DNA of 62,754 nt, the filler included. It is 4 parts of 4 records of this genome, joined end to end, with 100 filler letters (N's around TTAATTAATTAA, not from the genome) between each part and the next. Parts side by side here need not be neighbours in the genome. Positions count along the whole stretch, not along the records: positions 29,554 to 50,570 come from SRR31156797_15629; 3 more parts are not named here. The stretch is one strand, 5' to 3'. The translations under genes were made by a program, and so were the position numbers. The notes beneath the pieces were generated by a model. That model was given only the letters and a program-made list of their open reading frames with translations. It was not told the origin of the DNA and did not search any database. Below, one piece after another: positions 29,555 through 40,400 of this stretch (position 1 is its first letter; each line of letters opens with the position of its first letter).

Positions 29555-32500
29555 ACCACAGCTGAAGATACGCAGGTTACCATTGATGTATTAGCTAATG
29601 ATACCGATGCAGATGGAGACGAAACGATCGATCCATTAACACTGGATTTAGATTTGTTTCAGGTTGGTGTACAGTCAAATCTAACCGATGCTAATGGAAG
29701 CTGGATAGCCGATAGTGAGGGTAATGTGACCTTTGTTCCAAATACAAATATTTATGGCGTTGTTTCAATTACTTATACAGTGAGTGATACCGAAGGTATA
29801 GCGTCAGATCCAGGAACTATTCAAGTAACAATTAATCCTGTTAATGATGCTCCGGTTGCTAATAATGATTCGGACTCAACAGATGAAGATGTACCGGTAA
29901 CTTTTAATATTATCAATAATGATATTGATGTGGAAGGAAATGAATCGATAGACTTGTCAACTATTGATCTTAACCAGGAACTTGTAGGAATACAAAATAC
30001 TTATAGTAATGGCAATGGAAACTGGGAGGTAGACAATGAAGGGAATTTAACTTTTACTCCTAATTTGAATTATATAGGTACTGTCACAATTTTTTATACA
30101 ATTCAAGATGATGAAGGACTACTTTCTAACTTAGGTCGAATTAATGTTTCAGTAGGATCGGTAAATGACAGACCAGTAGCAATGGCTGATGAAACGACAA
30201 CAGATGAAGACACTGAGGTTGTTGTTAATGTATTGGCTAACGATACCGATGTTGATGGTAATGAGACAATTGATCCTTTAACTTTGGATTTAGTTCAATC
30301 TGAGGTTGGAGTTCAGAATAGTTTAATAAATGCTTCAGGAACCTGGATTGCAGATAATGAAGGAAATGTGACTTATACACCAACGGCCAATATGTTCGGA
30401 GTTGTTTCTATTTCGTATACTGTTAGTGATATTCTAGGTGCTGAATCAGATCCGGGTAGTATTCAGGTTACGGTTAATGCAGTCAATGATGCACCAATTG
30501 CCAATAATGATTCCAATACGTGCTTCGAAGATACGGCGGTTACTTTTAATATTGTAAATAATGATACAGATATAGAAGGTAACGAATCTATTGATGCGTC
30601 TTCAATAGATATTGATATTTCAACAGAAGGAATTCAAAAAAACATAAGCAATAGTTTTGGGCAGTGGGTAATTGATGATGAAGGAAACCTAACATTTACT
30701 CCATTATCTAATTTTAATGGAGAGGCAACTATTTCCTATGTTGTGAATGATGAACAAGGAGCTTCGTCAGGTGAAGGACTGGTTACTGTATCCGTAATTC
30801 CGGTAAATGATGCACCAGAACTAACAGATATTCCTAACCAACGAATAAATGAAGGGGAGGTATTTACTTCTATTGATTTAAACCTTTATGTTAGTGATGT
30901 TGATGATGAAGATGCTGAAATAACATGGACATATTCAGGATTGACAGAATTAGAAGTGACTATTGATGAATCTAATATCGCAAGGTTAACAATTCCCAAT
31001 GAAAACTGGAATGGATCGGAGTCTGTAAATTTTAGAGCTACGGATGGTGAATATAGCGATGAAAATGCGGCTGTTTTTACTGTTGTTGCTGTAAATGATG
31101 CACCTGTTATTTATAGTCAGGAGGAAATTACATTTAATGAAGATGCAAGTTTTACAATTGCTTTAACTTCTCTGAGTGTAACTGATGTAGATAATAGTTA
31201 CCCTAATGAGCATAGTTTAATTGTTTTTTCAGGACAAAACTACAGCATTGAAGGATCTCTAATCATTCCTGACGAAAACTATTTTGGAACATTAACAATT
31301 CCAGTGGTTGTGGAAGATATTGCAGAGGAGAATTCAGAAAGCAACACATTCAATGTATCTGTTGAAATCCTGCCAGTTAATGATGCTCCGTTTATTAGCT
31401 CTCAAACCCAAAACCTAACGACTAATGAGGATGAAGCTTTAGTATTAAATCTGTCTGATTTGTCCATTTCAGATGTAGATAATGAATTGGAGGATTTGTC
31501 TTTAACTATTTATGAGGGAAATAATTATAGTGTATCAGGAAATACAATTATTCCTGAGGCCAATTACTATGGAAGTTTATCTGTTGATTTAACGGTTAAT
31601 GATGGAGAAAGTGTAAATGCGACCAGCAATAGATTTACTGCAAGTGTGTTGGTGCTGTCTCAGAATGATGCGCCTGTAGCCGATGATTTTTCAATTACAA
31701 TACCCGAAGGTACTTCTTATTCGATCAACCTGCTTTCCAGAATCTCAGATGTAGAAGATGAAATGGATTTATCTACATTAACAATTGTTTCTCCTGTTTC
31801 AAATGGAGCTTTGGAAATAAATAGAGAAGAATCTCAGGTTATCTATACACCTGAAGCCTCCTATTTTGGGAATGATCAGTTTACTTACGAAGTCTGTGAT
31901 TCGGAAGGTTTGTGCGATCAGGGAGTTGTAAGTATTGTAGTTTCAAATGAAGCGCCTATCTCGGAAGATGCTGTCATCACTATATCGGAAGACAATGCGG
32001 TGAATGTGAATTTACTCATTTATGTAGAGGATCCTCAGGATAACCTTGATTTTACATCTCTGAAATTAATTAGCGATGCCTCCCATGGTACAGTTGAATT
32101 AATTGAAGGCAGACAAATTCGATATACACCTGATGATAATTATTTTGGTGAGGATGAATTGACTTATGAAATTTGTGACGAGGATGGTTATTGCACTTCA
32201 GCTCGTATTCGTTTTATTGTACATTCGCTTAATGATCAGCCTGTAATTAGCGGCCATAAGGAATTAGAAATAGTGGAAGATAATTCATTAACTATCACTT
32301 TAAATGATTTGATGGTTACGGATGTGGACAATATTTATCCTAACGATTTTGAATTAATCATTCAATCAGGATCAAACTATTCTTATACAGGAAATACGAT
32401 TACGCCAAGTGCCAACTTTTTTGGTGATTTAAATGTAAATGTTGTGGTTAATGATCAGGAGTCAAGTAACAATTTGAGTCATGTATTTAGTGTTGCTGTT

Positions 32501-34825
32501 AGTGTATTACCGGTAAATGATAAACCTGTAATTAATGATCAGCTGCCAATTACAACCAACGAAGATACACCAATTCAGGTACAGCTTACTGACTTATTGG
32601 TATCTGATCCAGATAATGATTACCCCGACGATTTTGCTTTGGTACTATTACCAGGATTAAATTATACAACAAGTGGTACTGTTTTAACACCATTAGAAAA
32701 TTATTTTGGAGGATTAAATGTTCCGGTTTATGTGAGTGATCAAAGTGGAGAATCTGAAAGAAGTAAAATTTATAATCTGGTAGTAATGGTTGAAGCAGTT
32801 AACGATGCACCGGTGGCATATGATGTCAATCGATCAACTCAGGAGAGTATGAGTTTAAATATTCAACTGGAAAGCCTAGTGAATGATGTGGAGGGAAATT
32901 TAGAATATTCTTCTATTGAAATTACCAGTAATGCAGAGAATGGAACGGTTGAAGTAAACCGAACAGAAGGGTATTTAAGTTACTTACCAAATGATGGATT
33001 TTCAGGAATCGATCGATTTTCTTTCCAGTTTACCGATTTGGATGGAGCAGTGAGCAATGTAGCAGAAGTGGTTATTAATGTAACCGATCAGGCACCGGAT
33101 GCAGTGGATGATTTAATAGATCTTGAGGAAGATGAGTTTGTAACTTTTAATCCATTAAGTAATGATGTAGATCCACAAAATAATCTTAATCAGGAAACTT
33201 TAGTTATTATTACCAGCCCTCTGAATGGTGAGGCCGTTGTGAATATTTCTACAGGTGAAATAACTTATACACCGTTCGCTAATTATTTTGGAGCAGATAA
33301 GCTATCGTACCGTATTTGTGATGAAGATGGTTATTGTGATGAAGCTTTTATTTCTATTACAGTAACTTCTGTTAATGACGACCCAATTGCCATTGCAGAT
33401 GAAATATCAACGAATGAAGATACACCCGTCGATATTATTGTTTTAGAAAATGATACCGATATTGATTCTGATGTGAGTGCATTAACGGTCTCAGTTCATA
33501 CAAATGCCCAAAATGGACTTGTTGAGCTTAATTCGGATAATAGCACATTTAGTTATACACCAAACAGTAATTTTAATGGTATAGATACTTTTATTTACAC
33601 AGTTTGTGATGCCGAAGGTGGATGTGCTGAGCAAACCGTTCAGATAGAGGTAATACCTCAAAATGACGCCCCTGTTGCAAATAATGATGAAGCTTCAACA
33701 ATAGGTGGAGTAGAAGTTGATATTTTGGTTGCCTACAATGATGAAGATGTGGATGGCAATTTGGATATTACTTCAATTCAGATTGTGACAGAAGCTTCGC
33801 ATGGTACGCTTCAGGTGGAATCCATCAATGGTCAGGTGAATTACTTGCCTGATGAGGATTTTTCAGGATCAGATACTTTTACTTATAGCATTTGTGATAC
33901 CAATGGCGCATGTGATGAAGCAACAGTAAGCATTGAAGTAAAAGCCCGAAATGTGGCACCGCAATGTCAGGATATTGTTATTGATATGGTGGATGGGATA
34001 ACCTTTAATCTGGATTTTAATGACTATATCTCTGATGTAAATGGAGATGATATAATTGTTCTTCTTGGTGATCTAAGTGGATTATCCGGCGATATCGGTT
34101 TGGAACAGTTGGAAAGTAATCTACTGAGCTATACTTCTGTTTTTGGTACATATTGTTTACAGGAACTTCTGACTTATACAGGTTGCGATGATAAAGGAGC
34201 CTGTAGTGAAGCTACTATCACTATTAACATAGAACCTCGCGATACCGATGGAGATAAAATACCTGATTTTATTGAAGGAGAAATAAATTCCGATGATGAT
34301 GCCTTATTGAATTTTGAAGATACAGATTCAGATAATGATGGAATTACTGATGATATTGAGGCAGTAGAAACCGGAGCAGAATTAGATCCTTGTTTTGTAA
34401 ATATTGTTGATACAGATGAAGATGGCATCCCTGATTATTTAGATACGGACAGCGATAATGACCTTCTTCCTGATCAGGAAGAAGGTATAGAGGATTGTGA
34501 TGGAGATGAGGTACTCAACTTTAGAGATATACTAGATGATTGTGCAGAGAGAGTGGATGCTCCGAAAACTTTTTCTCCTAATGGAGATGGCGTCAATGAT
34601 ACCTTTTTTATTCCTGGAATTGAAGATTTCCCGGGTAATGAGATTTATATCTACAATCGTTGGGGCGGCGAAGTATTTAGTATGAAGAATTACGATAACT
34701 CCTGGGATGGAAGAGCTTCAAACGCGGCCATTGGTTCAGATGAATTACCTCAAGGTACCTATTATTACGTAGTGAAATTAAGTAATGGTGATGTTATTAA
34801 GGGATTTGTATACATAAAAAGATAA
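29555..34825 (+). CDS. Giant Ig-like/cadherin-like repeat adhesin with T9SS type B CTD, 5'-truncated
   Basis: The frame is open from the gap, in frame with the track ORF at 29654. Many VNDAPVA..D...T.ED repeats, TSP3-like DxDxDGxxD repeats, and C-terminal FSPNGDGVNDTF..IYNRWG..WDG..GTYYY. Confidence 0.9.
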   Translation, partial: TTAEDTQVTIDVLANDTDADGDETIDPLTLDLDLFQVGVQSNLTDANGSWIADSEGNVTFVPNTNIYGVVSITYTVSDTEGIASDPGTIQVTINPVNDAPVANNDSDSTDEDVPVTFNIINNDIDVEGNESIDLSTIDLNQELVGIQNTYSNGNGNWEVDNEGNLTFTPNLNYIGTVTIFYTIQDDEGLLSNLGRINVSVGSVNDRPVAMADETTTDEDTEVVVNVLANDTDVDGNETIDPLTLDLVQSEVGVQNSLINASGTWIADNEGNVTYTPTANMFGVVSISYTVSDILGAESDPGSIQVTVNAVNDAPIANNDSNTCFEDTAVTFNIVNNDTDIEGNESIDASSIDIDISTEGIQKNISNSFGQWVIDDEGNLTFTPLSNFNGEATISYVVNDEQGASSGEGLVTVSVIPVNDAPELTDIPNQRINEGEVFTSIDLNLYVSDVDDEDAEITWTYSGLTELEVTIDESNIARLTIPNENWNGSESVNFRATDGEYSDENAAVFTVVAVNDAPVIYSQEEITFNEDASFTIALTSLSVTDVDNSYPNEHSLIVFSGQNYSIEGSLIIPDENYFGTLTIPVVVEDIAEENSESNTFNVSVEILPVNDAPFISSQTQNLTTNEDEALVLNLSDLSISDVDNELEDLSLTIYEGNNYSVSGNTIIPEANYYGSLSVDLTVNDGESVNATSNRFTASVLVLSQNDAPVADDFSITIPEGTSYSINLLSRISDVEDEMDLSTLTIVSPVSNGALEINREESQVIYTPEASYFGNDQFTYEVCDSEGLCDQGVVSIVVSNEAPISEDAVITISEDNAVNVNLLIYVEDPQDNLDFTSLKLISDASHGTVELIEGRQIRYTPDDNYFGEDELTYEICDEDGYCTSARIRFIVHSLNDQPVISGHKELEIVEDNSLTITLNDLMVTDVDNIYPNDFELIIQSGSNYSYTGNTITPSANFFGDLNVNVVVNDQESSNNLSHVFSVAVSVLPVNDKPVINDQLPITTNEDTPIQVQLTDLLVSDPDNDYPDDFALVLLPGLNYTTSGTVLTPLENYFGGLNVPVYVSDQSGESERSKIYNLVVMVEAVNDAPVAYDVNRSTQESMSLNIQLESLVNDVEGNLEYSSIEITSNAENGTVEVNRTEGYLSYLPNDGFSGIDRFSFQFTDLDGAVSNVAEVVINVTDQAPDAVDDLIDLEEDEFVTFNPLSNDVDPQNNLNQETLVIITSPLNGEAVVNISTGEITYTPFANYFGADKLSYRICDEDGYCDEAFISITVTSVNDDPIAIADEISTNEDTPVDIIVLENDTDIDSDVSALTVSVHTNAQNGLVELNSDNSTFSYTPNSNFNGIDTFIYTVCDAEGGCAEQTVQIEVIPQNDAPVANNDEASTIGGVEVDILVAYNDEDVDGNLDITSIQIVTEASHGTLQVESINGQVNYLPDEDFSGSDTFTYSICDTNGACDEATVSIEVKARNVAPQCQDIVIDMVDGITFNLDFNDYISDVNGDDIIVLLGDLSGLSGDIGLEQLESNLLSYTSVFGTYCLQELLTYTGCDDKGACSEATITINIEPRDTDGDKIPDFIEGEINSDDDALLNFEDTDSDNDGITDDIEAVETGAELDPCFVNIVDTDEDGIPDYLDTDSDNDLLPDQEEGIEDCDGDEVLNFRDILDDCAERVDAPKTFSPNGDGVNDTFFIPGIEDFPGNEIYIYNRWGGEVFSMKNYDNSWDGRASNAAIGSDELPQGTYYYVVKLSNGDVIKGFVYIKR
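29561..30810 (+). repeat. Diverged tandem duplication inside the adhesin, 642-bp (214-aa) period
   Basis: GCTGAAGAT 29561 aligns with GATGAAGAC 30203, and GATGAAGAT 29882 with TTCGAAGAT 30524; both offsets are 642 nt. Confidence 0.75.
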
Positions 34826-35775
34826 TGATGCGAAATAATTTTAAAATACCATATATCTACGCCTTTTTTATATTCTTGGTATTGATGATGGGTGGTTTTT
34901 GCAATAAAACACATGCACAGCAAGATCCACTTTATTCGCAATACATGTTTAATACTTTGCCTATGAATCCGGCTTATGCAGGTTCAAAAGGAATGATGAG
35001 TATGATGATTTTGGGGCGTAAACAATGGCTGGGTTTCGAGGGAGCTCCAACAACGGCAAGTTTTTCGATACACTCTCCGATTTGGGCGAATATGGCAGGA
35101 GGTGCTTCTGTTATTTATGATACTTATGGCCCGGTAAATCTGACATCTGCATACGGAGATTATGCCTATCATTTAAAACTAAATGAAAAGATTAAGCTTT
35201 CACTCGGCCTTAAAGGAGGTTTTAATTATTATTCCATCGATTACAATAAACTGGATAGAACAATTCAGGCAGATGAGGCTTATAACGGAGAAGTAGAACA
35301 GGTGTTGATGCCGAATTTTGGATTTGGACTCTTTATGTATTCTAGCCGTTTTTATTTGGGTTTATCTGTTCCACGAATAATGGAAAATGTATACGAAGAA
35401 GCTTCGGAAACCTATGGCGAAGGCAAAGAGTTTAGACAATATTATGGTATGATGGGAGTTGTATTACAATTGAGTGAACATTTTGTTTTAAAACCTTCAG
35501 TTATGACTCGTTTAGCTAGTGGTGCTCCTTTAAGTATCGACGCCAATATTAATACGATCATTCAGGATAAAATTTGGTTGGGAGTGATGTATCGTTTAAA
35601 TGATTCATTTGGAGGATTAGTACAATACCAAATTAGCCAGCAACTCAGAGTTGGCTATGCTTTTGATTTAAATACAAATGCGCTAAGTTCGTACCATAGT
35701 GGAAGTCATGAAATTATGCTAAATTTTGATTTTAACTTCCAAAAAGATAAGGTGTTCAACCCTAGATATTTTTAA
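34825..35775 (+). CDS. T9SS PorP/SprF family outer-membrane protein
   Basis: AQQDPLYSQYMFN....NPAYAG, QW.GFEGAP.T, GSHEIML, NPRYF; TAATG-coupled to the adhesin. Confidence 0.93.
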   Translation: MMRNNFKIPYIYAFFIFLVLMMGGFCNKTHAQQDPLYSQYMFNTLPMNPAYAGSKGMMSMMILGRKQWLGFEGAPTTASFSIHSPIWANMAGGASVIYDTYGPVNLTSAYGDYAYHLKLNEKIKLSLGLKGGFNYYSIDYNKLDRTIQADEAYNGEVEQVLMPNFGFGLFMYSSRFYLGLSVPRIMENVYEEASETYGEGKEFRQYYGMMGVVLQLSEHFVLKPSVMTRLASGAPLSIDANINTIIQDKIWLGVMYRLNDSFGGLVQYQISQQLRVGYAFDLNTNALSSYHSGSHEIMLNFDFNFQKDKVFNPRYF

Positions 35776-35796
35776 TCTCTGTTATTAGAATCAACA

Positions 35797-37311
35797 ATGA
35801 AAATAAGGCTGTTATTACTTACCATACTTTTCTTAAGCACTAATTTATTTGCCCAAACGAAGGAGTTAGCTAAAGCAGATAAAGAGTTTGATGCTTTTAA
35901 TTACCGCAAAGCCCTGGAATTGTATTTGGATATGGCGAAAGATATGGGTGAGGTATATTATCCAATACGTAGAATTGCTGACTGTTACAATAAACTAGGA
36001 GATACAGATAAAGCAATTGAATATTATATTAAGGCAGTATTATTTACGGATGTGGAGATGGATACCTATTATTTATTATCGCAGGAATTACAAAAAGCTG
36101 AAAGATATGATGAAGCCAATAGTTTCTACGAAAAATATCTTGAATTATCTGATGGCAAAAATGATGGCTTAAAGGTGACAAAGAAGGATGAATTTCGTTT
36201 TATGAAAGATGATTCTCGTTTCAACGTTTTTTCCTTGCCTATTAATACTTCTTTTTCAGAAATTGGACCTCAAATTTTTGAAAACCAATTGGTATTTGCT
36301 TCAAATAAAACCGGCTATAGTGCAGTTAAAAGGAGTGATGTTAGAGATGATGGAGGCTTCTATAATATTTATGATGCATATATTCAAAGTTTAACTAATC
36401 TGGTAAAACCAAAAGAGTACAGTAAAAAGCTAAATACCCGTTTGAATGACGGACCAGTATCATTTAATAATGAAGGTAATTTGGCCTTGGTTACCCGAAA
36501 TGTGACTTCGGGCAATAAAGCTTATTTAAATGTATTTCTTCACGATAGAAAAAAGGGAGACTGGAATAGAAATGGATATTTAGTACCGGTAGAAGCCAAT
36601 CAGAGTTCTCAGATGCATGCTTTTATGAATAACGATGATTCAAAAATTTATTTTGTATCAGATATGGAAGGTGGCTTTGGAGGTTTCGATATTTATGTAG
36701 CTGAGTTTAGAAAAGGTTTTCTAAGTACTCCCGTTAATTTGGGACCCACAGTAAACTCCGAAGGAAACGAGTTGTTTCCTTTTATAGATAAAGAAGGTCG
36801 CCTGTTTTATACTTCGGATAAAGTCGGAGGTTTGGGAGGTTTAGATATTTATATGACTATTCCAAATCAAGGAGGTTTTTCTCAATCCTTTAATTTAGGA
36901 GCGCCTATTAATACATCATACGATGATATGAGTTTAGTTTATGCTAAAGATAGTCTTTGTGGCTATTTTAGTTCAAACAGACCTGGAGGTAAAGGGAAAG
37001 ATGATATTTACGCTTTTGAACAAATAAAGGATTATAATTATTATTTTTGTAGAGGTAAGGTTGTTTCTAATCAAACACAGAAAGAAATTGAAGAGGTAAT
37101 AGTTGAACTATTTACTGAGGCAGGAGACTTGGTGGGGTCTACACAAACCAATGAAAATGGGGAGTTTTCATTGCTTGTATTAGGAAAGGATGAAGAGTTG
37201 GATATTCATATTAAAAAACGTTATTACAACGAACTTAAAGCTAAAATTAAAGATGTAGGTAAGAAACAAGGTCAGGATTATATTATTGAAGCCATCTTGG
37301 AAGAGTATTAA
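35797..37311 (+). CDS. PorE-like TPR + PD40 propeller + carboxypeptidase-regulatory-like protein without OmpA domain
   Basis: Signal peptide, TPRs, YF.SD..GG.GG.DIY, NLGP.VN..GNE.FP, GYFSSNRPGG.G.DDIY, TNENGEF; the protein ends there. Confidence 0.8.
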   Translation: MKIRLLLLTILFLSTNLFAQTKELAKADKEFDAFNYRKALELYLDMAKDMGEVYYPIRRIADCYNKLGDTDKAIEYYIKAVLFTDVEMDTYYLLSQELQKAERYDEANSFYEKYLELSDGKNDGLKVTKKDEFRFMKDDSRFNVFSLPINTSFSEIGPQIFENQLVFASNKTGYSAVKRSDVRDDGGFYNIYDAYIQSLTNLVKPKEYSKKLNTRLNDGPVSFNNEGNLALVTRNVTSGNKAYLNVFLHDRKKGDWNRNGYLVPVEANQSSQMHAFMNNDDSKIYFVSDMEGGFGGFDIYVAEFRKGFLSTPVNLGPTVNSEGNELFPFIDKEGRLFYTSDKVGGLGGLDIYMTIPNQGGFSQSFNLGAPINTSYDDMSLVYAKDSLCGYFSSNRPGGKGKDDIYAFEQIKDYNYYFCRGKVVSNQTQKEIEEVIVELFTEAGDLVGSTQTNENGEFSLLVLGKDEELDIHIKKRYYNELKAKIKDVGKKQGQDYIIEAILEEY

Positions 37312-37472
37312 TCTTAGAATGTTTAAAAGACAGGATATCTAGTTCTCACCAACCTTATTGTATATTATAAAAGAATAATCGATTAAACAGTTATATCAAT
37401 CAATCATAAAATATTAACACTTCTAAAACATTGTCTTTTCCCCAATACACTGTTTTAATTAATGATTTTTAA

Positions 37473-40400
37473 ATGAAGAAAGCAAGTATTGTCTTTTTAA
37501 CAACGCTTTGTGTATTAATAGCAGGTTTATGGATATTTAAACCTCAGACTTTATCACCTAAAAAGCAACTGGCATTTAGTTCAGAAAAAATGCTGGAAGA
37601 ATACAAACAGAAAAAAATTAAGAGAAGGTTGAATGGTTATGCAAAACCCGATCAGCCGGATAAGTTTCAAGTTTACAAGCAAAGATTGAAGGATAACGGA
37701 GGTTTATCCAATTATCAAAACAACTATAAAGAGATTGCCTTAAAATCTGCATTAAAAAATAAGGCAACTTTAAAATCAACACAATCGCAGGATTGGAAAT
37801 GGCGCGGGCCTGGAAATGTTGGTGGACGAACACGTTCTATTATTGTAGATCCGGATGATAACACACGTCAAACCTGGTTTGCAGGTAGTGTTTCCGGTGG
37901 TATCTGGAAAACAACAAATGGAGGAAATTCCTGGGACTTAATATCTCCGGAAATCACCAATATGTCGACTGTTTGCCTGGCTATGGCACCTTCTAACTCC
38001 AGTGTTATTTATGCAGGAACAGGTGAGGGGTATTACAATATTGCCTCAGTTCAAGGAAATGGCATCTATAAATCAACAGATAAGGGACAGACCTGGGAGC
38101 AACTGAATTCAACTACAGATAATTCAGATTTCTATTATGTCAATAGTATTGTGATTTCTTCAGCAGATGAAAATTTACTTTGGGCAGCTACTAATAAAGG
38201 TGTTTTTAAATCAACAGATGGGGGTACAACCTGGAATATAACTGGTTTGGAAAGAGGATTGTATCAGCGAATTCTGATTCATCCGGAAAATGATCAAATA
38301 CTATGGGCAGCTCGCAATAATAAAGGAATTTATAAAACAGGGGATGGTGGAGAAAATTGGATATTGGTCTATGATTTAGAAGGCGTTGAAAGAATTGAAA
38401 TAACTGTTTCTGCAAATGATCCTGATGTATTGTATGCTTTGGATGAAAGCTCACTGGTATATTATTCACTGGATGGAGGAACAGAGTGGAATAAGGCCGT
38501 TGAAAATGGCACGGCAACTGAATTTCTTGGAGGTCAGGGCTGGTATAACAACACGATAGCTGTCGATCCAACCGATTCAAAAAAAGGATTTATTGGAGGA
38601 ATTGATTTCTACAGTTTTGAACTGGGAAGTGAACTAACTACCAATAAAAGAAAAGCTTTTGCCATCAATAATGAAGCAGCATCTACTATTGTCTTTAATT
38701 TTTTTGAAGGAAATTATGCTGAAGGAGGTATTCAACTTTATGATAATTTCAATATGGTCGGTGAAGAAATTCAACTGAAATTTGGAGCTTCAAATCAGCA
38801 AAAAGCCCATTTATTAACTCATTTGCTGGATAATACTAATTTTACTGGTTCAATTAGTTTAGATATTCAAAGTTTGGATGTTGACAGTTATGTTGACGTA
38901 CCTTTTACAGCTTATAACACAACAACCGGAGAGCAGTTAGAAGTATCATTTATTGATTATAATGGTAATGGTAAATTTGATTTGTACGAAGGAGCCTATG
39001 AAGTAATTTTAATTCATCAACTGGTTTATAATGAAGCCGGAATGAATAATAGCGTTATCTTTAATGATGGAGATTTTGCTGTTATGGCAGCACTGAATCC
39101 GGCATTAGCTGATGGAGCTGTTTGGGACGAATCTAATCTGCCAGAGCTGAATTTTTCATACAATTGTTATAATATTTATGACAGAGTTTTAACGGCGAAT
39201 AAATTAACCAATTGGACTGTCAGCAAAACCAACAGCAACTATTCTCATGCCGATCATCATACCATTAATATTATTGAGGATGTAGGAGCGCCTTTTTCCA
39301 TTGTAATGGGAAATGATGGAGGCGTATTTTATTCTTCAAACGGAGGTGCTAGTTGGGAAGAAAGAACTACAGGTTATATTACTTCTCAATTTTATGGTAT
39401 TTCCAGACATCCATCTAAATATATTTATTGGGGCGGAATGCAGGATAATGGAACCCAGCTTTCTTCAGAAGATCCGGAAGCCCTAAGTGAATGGCAGGAT
39501 ATTATTGGAGGTGATGGTTTCGATGTGGTTTGGCATCCTCGTAATCCTCAAAAAATGCTGGGAAGTGTTTATTATAATCAGCTATTTATAACTGATGATG
39601 GAGGTGACTCCTGGCGTGATGTGACCGATTTTCTGGGCGATAGCGGCGACGAAGAAAAAGCGCCGTTTTTGACTAAGGTGGCCAGCTGTGTTGCAGATCC
39701 GGATTTGCTTTTTACAGGAAGTCAATCAGGTGTTTGGAAGTCTGATAATTTTGGCGTTAGCTGGACTAAGACTTCTATGGGAAATTCCTGGGGATATACT
39801 GATTATTCATTACCTAAAATATCTATAAGCGAAGCCGATCCTGATGTGGTATGGGCTGGTGTAAGGTTAAATGAAAGTGGATTTGGAAATCAAGGGAAGA
39901 TTCATGTTTCAACAGATGGAGGCAACACCTTTACTGCTTTAAATACAGGATTAACGATGGGGGTTTTGTCCAACCTGGTAGCAGATCCAACAGATCGAGA
40001 AACAGCTTACCTGTTATTTTCATTTGCAGATTATCCAAAGGTATTACGTACTACAGATATGGGACAAAACTGGGAAGATATTACCGGTTTTGGTATAAAT
40101 GGAAGTGCCGATAGTGATAATGGATTTCCGGATGTGGCCGTAAATACTTTATTGGTCATGCCTTTTAATCCAAACGAAATTTGGTTAGGTACAGAAATAG
40201 GTCTTTTTATTAGTGTTGATAATGGCTTAACCTGGAATATTTCGGACAATATTCCTGCGGTATCAGTATGGGATTTAAAAATTGCAGGAGATGAAGTGCT
40301 CATCGGTACGCATGGTTTAGGAATATGGACGGTAAGTCGAGATGAATTATCAATGGAGATTAAGAATCCTTATATCCAGAATGTTGGGCTTAATCCAAAA

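Noticed and set aside
29561..30810. Adhesin repeats as a CRISPR array or DGR template/variable repeats
   Set aside because: They are long in-frame diverged protein repeats; no spacers, cas genes or reverse transcriptase are present.
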